Assembly (NCBI GenBank): GCA_964035545.1
Contig: OZ037765.1
Coordinates: 12,038,698-12,102,697 of the forward strand
Length of the DNA: 64,000 nucleotides
Source of the DNA: Bugula neritina
Lineage: Eukaryota > Animalia > Bryozoa
Direction: 5' to 3'
Each line of letters starts with the position of its first letter. The first letter of the stretch is position 1. Below, piece after piece: positions 53,201 through 64,000 of the stretch. The position numbers and the translations under genes are program-made. Under the pieces are notes generated by a model. That model had not been told where the DNA came from. It searched no databases and saw nothing but the letters and a program-made list of their open reading frames with translations.

Positions 53201-56200
53201 CTTCTGTTACATTTTACCTATTCTCTACTCATAGATGATAATTATTAAAAAAATCGAAAGTTTCTGTTCTAATTCAAAAATTTGTTGATTTAATAAAACT
53301 TTGCAGGCAAAATTTTCAAACCAAGAACTAACAGTTACAATTTACTTCAACCTCTCATATTTCTCAATCTGACTTGCTTATACACGCCCTATATTATAGA
53401 AGACATGTAGATGAGTGGTTAGTAGGAGATGCATTAGAATAGAATATGTAGTTTCAGGAATGTTACAACACACACATACATCTAAGCAAATTATACATTT
53501 CATGCCAAGAGGAGCTAGGCAGCAGCACAACCCTTCTACTAGAGAAGCTGACTTGAATGGGTAGATTTACTACCTGTGGCTCTGAACTGCTTGATTTATT
53601 TTTAATTGTTGGTTTAGGTGCCAGAGGTGGAGCCTTTCTGTAGTTTACTGGTGCCTTCAACTTAGACGGCTGAGAAAAGAACAAAAATTCACACAGATAG
53701 CAGGTGCACACACAGCAGCTACATCTACTTGCTCGAAAGAACATAAACTATAGCTACAACATCAGCATATAAACTAAGTGATTAGTAAGCACAGGTTAAG
53801 TAGAAAACATAAGTAAGAAACACGAGTGTGCTGAGCAGTTTGTAGTGAGAATACTGTAGCACACGCCATCACTAGATGGTATGACTACAGTACACGATAC
53901 TCTACAGTCTATTTGTTATTAAGAAATGGTGCTGCGTAGGGAGCATTACTAAATGGTGATTGTGCCATGTGACAGTCAAGTGACTGTCACATGACTGTTA
54001 TTTAGGGTCAGTTAGACAGCAAGAAAAATACGCTCAGTAATTATGAAAGTCGTACATCTAACAAAAAATGAATTGTTAGTTGTTACTACATTTAACACAA
54101 CACAACGTAGAAACACACAGCTGAGCCACTGCATGCAGCACAAGGTTGCAGTACCTTGGCAGAAGATGCACTCGGACTGGTGCTTGTAGACCCAGATCCT
54201 GAATTCACTGCCACAGCAGCAACAGGAATCCCTGACTTAGCTGCACTTGTGACTTTAGGTTTCACAGCTACAGGAGGCTTCTGAGGAGAGGGCAGATTTG
54301 TCTTGGGTGTTCTCAGGGCTGCCACTGGTATCTATAGACAAGTATAGGATACAAACACTGCACAACTTGCAACCATATAAAACAAGTCTACTCATAACTT
54401 ACTTGGCCAGAATAAAACACAGATACATGTTTAAAATTTCTGAGAAAGACACGTCAGCAAAACTAAATTGCGATTGATATTAACATGCTTATATGAGGAA
54501 CAGGTCAAAAAAATAGAAAATTAAACGCTCAATAGCAAACTCCATTATATTTGCACCTACATTGGGCCTATCAAATCAATCCTATTTTTATTTTCTCAAT
54601 AAATGATAAATTTTTGTCATTGAAAGGGGATAATAACTCCAGTTGTTTGAATCTTCATGACTAACCTTGCTGTCAGCAGTTGGGATACTCGTTCTAGTAG
54701 AACTGCTGCCAAAAGCAAATGCTGATGTGATATTGGAATCGTCTTCCTCTGAGGAATCGCCAGCAAAGGGTATATCATTATCCTCTGTATTCACACTGAC
54801 CGGAGTGGGTGAGTGTTGAAGGTTCACCTCGGCAGCCCCTATCCTTCTAGGTGAGGCAGCGCGGGGGGTCAGCGATGCACTCAGGTTTAAATATGTATTG
54901 AAATCTTCTTCCGGCTGAAATTGCAGTAAGTTAATGCCAAGATTAATGAGTGTTACTAACCTTGTGGACTGAATGAAGATTCTGGAACAAATGAAGTTTC
55001 AGCATAAATTTTATAATTAGACCTTCAGGTTGAAAACTAGCAATCCTTAGTTCTAATAGCCGTATATAGAGTAGCAAAATTATATGATTTGTTTAGACCT
55101 AACTGATGCTTTTTCCAACTATTGTTATCTTCAAGGAAATGTTAAGACATATATAATATCCGTAGTACTTAGTCAGCTGACACCATTAGTTAAAGTTATA
55201 AAATATTGTTGTAAGTTCTAAACCACTCATTATTGGCTATAACAGCACAGCCATACACAATGTATTTGGATTTGTGACTCACAGGTGGTTGCTGAGTGTT
55301 CAACCTTGCTGCTTTCTCTGCTGCCAATTTTCTTTCCGACTAAAAATGACACGAGAGTAACTCAACAAGAAAATATCCCAGAGTACAACATACTAATGTA
55401 TGTGTAAATGGAAAAGTTTCATATAAGCAGTGAGTATTATTAGTTGACTAAATATACAGAATAGTGAGCCTGAATCGATTGCTATAGTTACTTACAATCA
55501 TTGGAATAGTTATAAGCAACTTATATTGTAACATGCATACATGGTGACTTACATAGTAACTTACACCCACTGAAACCGTCTATTGAAGTCAAATTATCTA
55601 GTATAAAACAAAAGCTCAAATATGTAATCTGAAAATACAGTTGAAATCACCTCCAATACAAGAACTGTTCCAGTTCACTACAAGCATGTACTCGTATATG
55701 TAAACACAAAGCACAATGTAAGGGTGAATACCTCTTCAGCCTCCAGTCTCTGTTGCAGCTCAAAAGCTCTTGCAGCTTCAGCTGCTCTTTCTTCTTCCTT
55801 CTTTCTCTCTGCTTCTACCTCCAGTTTAGCCAATGCCTCCTCCTCGTCCTGCCTTTGCTGGTCCAACAAAAGCATTCTTGATATCTACAAATATCGGAAT
55901 AAGAAGGAGTTTTAAAAACTTATTGCACATCTCTTCTGAGCCATTGACACAATGACGATATAATATAAATAAAGACACAATATTTCAGACCAAAAACTAG
56001 TAATGGTGTGAAAAACATTTGCATAATCAGATTTTTAAAAAAATAGTTTAAAACTTGAATACAGTAAAGGTTCATAAAAAGTTAATACACTAATAAACTA
56101 GAAAAACAGAGACATTATTAAGTAACACTGATTCGGAAATAATTCTTCATATCCTCACATTTTGCAAACTAAAATTCACATGCCTTGTCATATCAAATGA

Positions 56201-59200
56201 AAGTTACAAACTGATTTGAATCTTTTTTATCAAACATGTATTCCAGTAAAACTGGTCACATCCTAGTAAGTATTGGTTCATATACAGATCAACACAGATA
56301 CAAGCAACATACACATACCTCTGCCTGATGCTTCAACTCTTGTGCTGCTCGTTCAGCCAGAGCTATCTGTTCTGCAGCTTGCTGCTCAGCGGCAGCGATC
56401 AACTCTTTTTCTTCCTTCTTAAGAGCCTCGGATCGTTTTCTGGCCTCTTCCTGAATTCGTTTGAACTCAGAATTTCTGGCAGCTTCCTCCTGCTGCCTTC
56501 TTTCGGCAGCCTAAAGAGAATGAAGAGACAGTGAGTGAGTAAATCTACCAAGGTGGGTTACACAAATAAGAGTAGTGAAGGTATTTAGTGGTAAACTAAA
56601 CTATTATAACAAAAGGCACACTGATTAGCATTAGAAAGTTGGTGGGATATTAAACTATAAATGAAGCACACAGATAAATTAGTGGAAAGCTGGTGATGTG
56701 ACTGTGTCGCATATACTAACTAATCCACAACTTTTAATTACAAAATTGAAAACAAAAACAAAACACTATAGAAGCTGAGGTATGTATTTACGTCACAGTC
56801 AACAAAGCTACTGCATAAACTAAGTTTCCTATTCTCTACAGAGTGTATGCTGTTGTTAGTGCTTGGCAGTGAAATTATCACACAAACTCAGATTTAAACA
56901 CAATTATATGAATTTGAAACAAGAATAGAATTGAACAACACATATGGCTTATATTACTGAAGCTCTGTTTTTAAACGAGACAATAAATTCAAGAGTTTCC
57001 CTCACATTATCTCGCATTTTTTGCTCCATTTGCTCAACAGCTTGCTGTTCAAGGCGTGCGATATGCTCAGCACGCTCTTGCTTCTTCTGTTCGAGTTCTG
57101 CTTCAAATTCCTGTTGTTCGCGAAGAGCCTCACTTTCCTAACAAGCATGGCATTAGCGTAAAAACTGGTTTGACAGAATCTACAGCATGATTCAGTATCT
57201 CCCACAGAGTTCGGAATTGTAGATAAGTTGAACCAAGACAAGGAAAGAAGCTCCAGCAAAGCGCACCATTTTAGACAAAGATGTTATAATGATCACATGA
57301 CCTGATGACATGCAGCAATTTTAAGCAGCACTTAGGTTAATATCGACCACGGCTATCAAGAGAATACAGTTTACCAAAATCACTCTGACCAGTAAAGAAA
57401 AAGTTAGAGAAATCTGTAATTGAAATGCCATAAAAAACTTTAACCTATGGAAAAACATCCGGTTCAAGAATACCAGCCAAGTTATAACCCAATCACCAGT
57501 GTGAGTACGAAAGAGAAACTAATAGGGTTTATCCACACACTTAAGAAACATGGGTATTTGCAAGTGTAATCTACAGGTTCAACTGGAAAGGGGTAGGACA
57601 TGCACCAAAGGGTTGGCAACACAACGCACAATATTTATATACAGAAAATAATATACATACATTCTAATAATAATTTACTATTAACGACATGCGAAAAACA
57701 AACATGTTATTTGATAAACTGTTATTTTAGTGATCAAGTCGCAGCAAAAATATATTATCACATTTCAAAAGAGCCATACATTGGAGCACATGTTGAATAT
57801 CAATTTCGTTGCACACTGTGCAAGCTGACTGTTAATATTATGAAGCAGCTGAATTATTAGATGACAATGAACTATAAATTATGGCAATAAACCCATTATA
57901 TCATGTTCACTGCTATTAAACAACCAATAAGTTACTTCATCTCATTACCACCTGAGGATCCACTCGGAGCTCACAATGACACGCACCTGCTGCATACGCT
58001 GATACTCCTCGTCTTCCCTGTCTAAACTGCTGACACTTTTACCGAGAGTAGACATTGGCCCCACCTCCACAGGGTAACCCTCGCACACCATTATCTCTAT
58101 TTGCTGTCCGGATTTTCTAAGTGCACGAACAGCTTCACCGTGAGTAGCACCAAGCATGCTCTGACCATTCACCTCAAGAATTTGGTCTCCCACCTTCAGG
58201 TTACCATCCCGGGCGATGGCGCCACTTGAACTTATCTACATGCAGCATAAAATGAATTTACTTAAAAACAAACTCTTCACTGTAAAATGAAAACTATGCA
58301 TGAATTTAATAGAAAATTTAGACATTTGCATTGCGTGTGTTTGTGTGCGTGCGTGTTCATGCGTGTGAGTCTGTGTGTGCGTGTTCATGTGTGTGTGTCT
58401 GTGTGTGTTCATGCGTGTGTGTGTGTGTTCATGCGTGTGTGGTGGCTGCACACTTGCTCACCTTACTAATGTAGATACCCTCATCAGCCGGATTATTTGG
58501 ATTGCCTGAAGTACCTCCAGTGCCACCCTTAATAGTCATACCTATCTTCTCTTTATACTCTCTTTCTATGACAAGCTCCTGCAAGATATACCAATTTTGT
58601 AACATGTGTACAGTCACTCCAGTAACTACCCTTAGCTTACATCAGCTTAAACTCAATACATAAAACCAGAGCATACTTATGGAACCGGCAGACCTACCTG
58701 TAGGCCATATGGAGGGGGATCATGGCGGATTTTGAGTAGTATTTGATATGAAGGTTCTATCAGGGTTCTGACTGCCTCTGCATGAGTGGCTTCTGAGATA
58801 TCTCTGCCGTTTACAGTAAGAATTCTGTCACCAATACGCAAAGGGGTCTGCGATGCCGTGCCACCTGCTACAATCTACAATAAACGTGCAACAAACCATT
58901 GAATATTATACATTTGAAACACTGTGAAGATTGCAGGCACCAACAACATAGCAATGGCAGAGTAAAATGATGTGATTTTTAATTAATAAAAACTTGGTAT
59001 AGCCAATTGGGTTTTATATAAGGATAAACATTCACTAGTGTACTACTACTTATTTTTATAAGGTCACTCCTTGTATACAAGTGAAGATTTATGTTAACCA
59101 AAGACCCGTTCGCTATAGTCAAGATTTACTGCATCAAAGACAAGTTCACTTGAATACATTTAGAATAGTAGCTGCCTAAGAACAAGCGAGGACTATAATG

Positions 59201-62200
59201 CTGTAGGTAAAGCTTGTTTGCAAATAGCTTCAAGAAATAGTGCAACGCAAAAAACTTCGCCTGTAACTTTACTAAAACTATTGAAACTGATAACATGCAA
59301 AGACACATATGAGCCTTGCCAAAGACTTGAATATAATACAGAGCTAACATACTTTAGATATGAATACTCCTGGTTCATTGTTTCCAAATGGATGACTAGC
59401 ATGGTCAATACCACCCACAATGCTGAGTCCCAGAGGTCCACCAGCTTTCAGTATGCAAACTTCCTGCAACAATGACATCATCTTACAGCTTTGTCACTAA
59501 ATAGAAAAAGTATGCGGTGGTGCAGTTTGAGAAAAGTTGGTAAGTTTCGTGAAGCTTACCTCAATCTCGTAATTATTGGGGTTGTTTTCTACATGAGAAG
59601 AGTTGAGAGGAAGTGCATTGCTGTCTGCTACATAAGCCTGTTTAGAGATGTCAACGGCCGGTGTTGGCTGACGTGAAACTTGATCTGAGTTGATATGTCG
59701 TTCTTTCTCAACAGTGACAGGTTCTCCTGTCAGTGTTTTAGCTTTTACGGCATCTACCACAATAACACAAAATAATTTTTAATAATGTAATAGATCGAAA
59801 AACGCTCCAACTTAGCCAAACAGCAAAAGTTTCAAATTAAGCACAAAATGAGTAATACGAGAGGCTTTAGAATGGTGTCATCAATCAACAGAGATGGGCA
59901 GAGATGTTATTGCTGAAAAGGTAACTCTTAAGATAATATAACTACATGAACATTTTACAAGAACAATAGTCTTCAAATAGATTGCATGAAAATGTCCTGT
60001 TTTAACTAGGGCATTGATGAATATAATCTTAATATCACAGGCCTAAGTTGGTTATCTACCATTAGTGCTGCCAGGTAAGGAAGATTTCTTGACCAGCTGT
60101 TCTCTGTAGAGGGCAAAAGAAATAGCAGCAGCAGGTGCAGTGAGTCGAGACACGACTTCCTCATGTGTTGCCCGAGTAACGTCAACTCCATTGATCTGAT
60201 TAACATATTCAGCTAGTGATAAGATTGCATCAAATGAAAACTTGCAGCATTCTCAAAGAAAAGATGCAAATAATATAATAACAAATGAACATATGCTGTG
60301 GGACACAATTATTTATTATATCTTTAGCAAGCTATTTATATTAAACGCTTAAAATATCTTTCTGAATATTTACGTATCCTACAAAAAAAACCAAAATGAG
60401 AGAAGCACGGTCAATAATATGATATAAAGTTTACACTTACAGCAAGTATTTTGTCTCCAACTTGGATCTGTCCATTACGAACAGCAGCGCCATTTGGCGT
60501 CAGTTTAGATATATAGATCGACTAAAAATTAAAAATTTTCAAGTAACTACAACATATGTATATACATATTATATTACAGGAAAGAGTAAAATATGTCAGT
60601 TAGAACAGGCAGTCTGAAAATAAAAGCCATAAACAACCACCCTGAATAAAAATAATGACATGCATTTTTCTACTTCTAGTGGGTTTTGTAATCATTAATC
60701 GTTTATCAAACTATAAAAAAAGTTAGACAATTCGAGATTACATAGAGCAAGGCTGCATGCTAACTATTTATTAATAAGTTGAAAATTATTTAAAGATGAT
60801 GGTTATAAAATTACATATTTACATCTTTTTGTTGAGGCACAACTTTGTTTTCCAAGTCAATATAATAAATGAGCTTTGAAAACAAACCTCATCATTTCCT
60901 TTGTATGGAAGTGAGCCACGACCACCTGCGATGCTAAACCCAAGGCCACCACTGTCCTTATACAATGTTGTTTCTATTGTCTACAATTAAGTAATGAATA
61001 CTTCATGTATAAGAGTGCAGCGGATATAATGCACCAAAAGTTAATTTTTCAAAAAATAAATATATTGCTTGAACTATCACTCCCACAATAACAATAGTTT
61101 ATTTCTTAAATAAGAAGTGGATAAACTAAAACTGTTAGCAGCAATATTATGACACTGCAATTGCTAAAACTATTAAAAGCAGGGAAGTAATATCACGTAT
61201 TCTAAGACATTTTTTAAATTCATTTTCTCAATGGCTAATACAGTAATTCTAATCTTGCCAAGGCAGAGTGAAAAGAAAAGAATTTATGAAAACAATGTAT
61301 AGTAATAAGACACAGCTGTGTCACGAAAACCAAACCTCGCTGAGAGAAGATGTTGGCAGAAAGAGAAAACAAGTTTTAAATAGATAAAAATTGGGTTAAA
61401 GGTTAAATCAAAATTAAATGTCAGCGGTAAAAAAGCTTCTTTGATTAGCTAATACTTAACACTCCTATAACAATACTGTATATAATATAACTTGTGAATT
61501 CAAGCAAAATCACACAAAGTTAGGTATAGTCTAGGTTTATAGCATTATTCTTTTGAAAAGAAACTTCACAATGTACCTCTGTGATTTTGTGTAAAGCAGC
61601 AGATTCAGCCTGGTGAAAACAAATAATAGGGAGACATGCACAACCACATTCAACATCTTAGGTCAAAAGGAGACAAAACAAAGAACCAGGGGCAAGCAAC
61701 TGCTCGTTTATATTAGAGTTAAGGAAGGATTAATAGACTAACTAGAAGAATACCCTAAGGTCACACATTTTTAGCCTAATTAAAGAAAATTCTGCTTGTT
61801 GAATTAACCAGTTTTTCTCCAAATGAAGAAGTAGAATTAAAAATTTTTACCACTATGTTATATTTCAACTGAGTTGCTGAATAAATATTAACTTATGAAC
61901 TATCTGATGAGAACTATTGATAAGAGTAATAGGAATTAAATAACATGCCGGTAATTATTATAATCAATTCTCAATTTAACAAATAAAAAATGTCACAAGT
62001 GTTATTAGTTCTTATTTCAGAGTAAAGCATTGGCGACCTTCATCAAAATGGCGGCAGTAAGACACAAAATTTCCAGGCCCTGTCAAATCCAATGCAAGGA
62101 AAACAGTTCCTACTTATAACTAAACCGCATTTAGTAGAAAGCTATCCTATTAAAATACAGTTAACTGCAGATGTTGGACTCAACTCCTGAGTGGATAATA

Positions 62201-63865
62201 CCTGCTGTAAGAAGCAAGACACGTGCGTACAGCCTTACCATTGGCACACCAACTGTCAGCATCACTTCCCTGGATATCTTCACGAAAACCTGGCTGCCAC
62301 TTTTCTTCAAAGCCTCTACTGCTTCATGATGCTGTCCCTCTACTAAATTATGCCCATTGACCTGCAAATAAACAACAATAATTCAGATAATATTATATTG
62401 GTTTTAAATTTTATTTTTCCAGAAAATTTCAAAAGGTGAAAGTACATCTAGTTCAAGGTTAGTGCCAGAGCACCTTCGGACATTAAACTTCATATCAACC
62501 CTAGGCGATCACATAAAAAAATTAAAATTTCTTTGTGATAAATTAACGTTTGAAAACAATACAGAAGGCGCAATATTTTCAAACCAACTGAGTCAAGGCA
62601 TAGTAAATTTCACCAAAACAACAATTCCATTTTATACTATCAAATGCCTGGCTCTGACGAGACTATAGTATCGTCAATATATTTAAGAAATAACCTAACT
62701 TACCATCAGCAACTTATCTCCAACCAGTAGACCAGCCACATGAGATGGTCCTTTGTGAACTACTTTAGATATAAATATACTCTACAAGCAAAATCACCAA
62801 AACAGTTAAAACATTTTAAAACTTCAAACAAAGGTTGAATACTGACTGCTCACATATAGAATTTGTAAGAATAAAAAAGAAAAAAAATATTTTCAAACAC
62901 TTCTAGCTTGCCACAACTTTTCCAATTATATTATTTTAGCTAGATCTTTTAGGGTGAAGAATTGTTATTGACTACTAGCATGTGATTCTATTCATCATTC
63001 AGTTATATTATGAACCTCATCAGTTCCTTTGTAAGGAGGGGAGCCTTTGCCACCAGCTATACTCAGTCCCAGCCCCTGTCCAGCTTCCCTAGTGATCACC
63101 ACGTCATGATACTCCTCTATCACTTCAAACTCGTTGGGTGTCGACTGGCCAACAAACTCCTCGGGAGTGGCGGCAGCCAGCAGTGGGGTTGCTGGTGGCT
63201 GCGGCTTCTTCTTGGACTCAGTGTTTATAGACAGCGGCTCAAACGTGTCGGCTCTTGCCATGTTCTCATAGTTGATAAGCTCGGCAGCGTGACCCCTGTC
63301 AGGTGTTGGTATTTTACTCGAAGGGGGCTGACTGACAGAGCGAGGTGGCTGCGTGATAAAACAACAAATAGAAATACCTTAATCTAGCAAACCGTTATAG
63401 AAAATTAAACTCTGCACATTAGTATATAGATATATATAAAGTATATATACTTTTCTAAATAGTTTTGAAAGAGCATGCAATGCACAGATGCATAGAATAC
63501 ACAAATTGCAAACTTCAAGTATTTTCATATGAAATTTGGAAATAATAGTAATATCTCTCTTTTTTTAAATAGTATTTGTGAATTACAACATTTATTGCAT
63601 TTTTTCCAGTCATACTGTATTACCTTATCAAAAGGATGGCACATCACATGACAGGGGGGGGGGGGGTAGACTCACCGGCTGGGGTGTAACAGAGCTCCTT
63701 TCAGGTTGTTTTGATGGTATATTCATATACTCCATAACATTATTCTCATCAACAACAACGGCAGCAGCATCTTGGCTTAGAGCTCCGGCAGCGGTGATAC
63801 TGGCCCGAGACTGAGGAATATTCCGGTACTGTGCTGAGTCAGCAGTTTCTTCCTCTTCTGGACGT
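50246..63865 (-). CDS. SCRIB: Scribble (LAP family) 3' portion, with the LRR part beyond the window. PDZ1-4 region exons: 63865-63676, 63348-63016, 62781-62704, 62361-62239, 61609-61577 (cassette?), 60980-60888, 60521-60441, 60195-60060, 59753-59560, 59463-59353, 58874-58698, 58578-58462, 58235-57987. Tail exons: 57137-57006, 56510-56319, 55884-55732, 55339-55283, 54914-54666, 54331-54155, 53669-53574, 52926-52833, 52657-52639, 51819-51733, 51457-51376, 50807-50768, 50367-50246
   Basis: [28 protein letters not shown] (PDZ1); [24 protein letters not shown] (PDZ2); [38 protein letters not shown] (PDZ3); [50 protein letters not shown] (PDZ4). The C-terminal [12 protein letters not shown] resembles the Scribble tail helix. 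The tail exon structure is less certain. Confidence 0.9.
58330..58441. repeat. Degenerate (TG)n microsatellite with GTGTTCATGCGT units
   Basis: Directly visible. It explains the spurious His/Thr and Cys/Val ORFs 58236-58451 and 58287-58469. Confidence 0.9.
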
Positions 63866-64000
63866 CTGCAACAGCAAAAGAGTGGTGAATGTTTCCTGAA
63901 TTTCATGGCTGGTGGAAGTTGAAAGACGATACAACATGCAAGTCAGCACAGCAACACCTGCTCAAATGAAATGCTAGGATTGCTATCAGGTGAGAACTAA

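Noticed and set aside
55724-63814. Plus-strand ORFs over the SCRIB exons, and similar antisense ORFs elsewhere in the track
   Set aside because: They are shadow frames of real opposite-strand exons or of microsatellites, with no splice or motif support.
1-64000. CRISPR arrays, rRNA genes, intact transposase or RT ORFs, prokaryotic or viral islands
   Set aside because: None is seen. All long coding segments are spliceosomal exons of animal genes, and the only RT remnant is heavily decayed.

Overview
AT-rich, intron-containing invertebrate genomic DNA, probably a lophotrochozoan; the taxon is inferred and cannot be fixed from this window. Gene models were rebuilt by hand from GT-AG junctions and reading-frame continuity. 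In order: RPL15 (+); a membrane-anchored OTULIN/FAM105-family pseudo-deubiquitinase with a long Ser-rich insert (+); MRPS21 (-) head-to-head with NPLOC4 (+); MTHFD2-type enzyme (+); an orphan secreted two-repeat protein (-); a three-kringle type I membrane protein (-) head-to-head with a small Mn-motif-like gene (+); and the 3' part of Scribble with all four PDZ domains (-, running off the right edge). Repeats include a tRNA-Thr-derived SINE family (4 copies), several MITE/fold-back elements and a decayed LINE RT fragment. The two most notable observations are the catalytically dead OTULINL-like protein and degenerate 6-bp-periodic tracts confined to the 5' ends of the housekeeping genes. No database searches were run, so homology statements rest on remembered family motifs.
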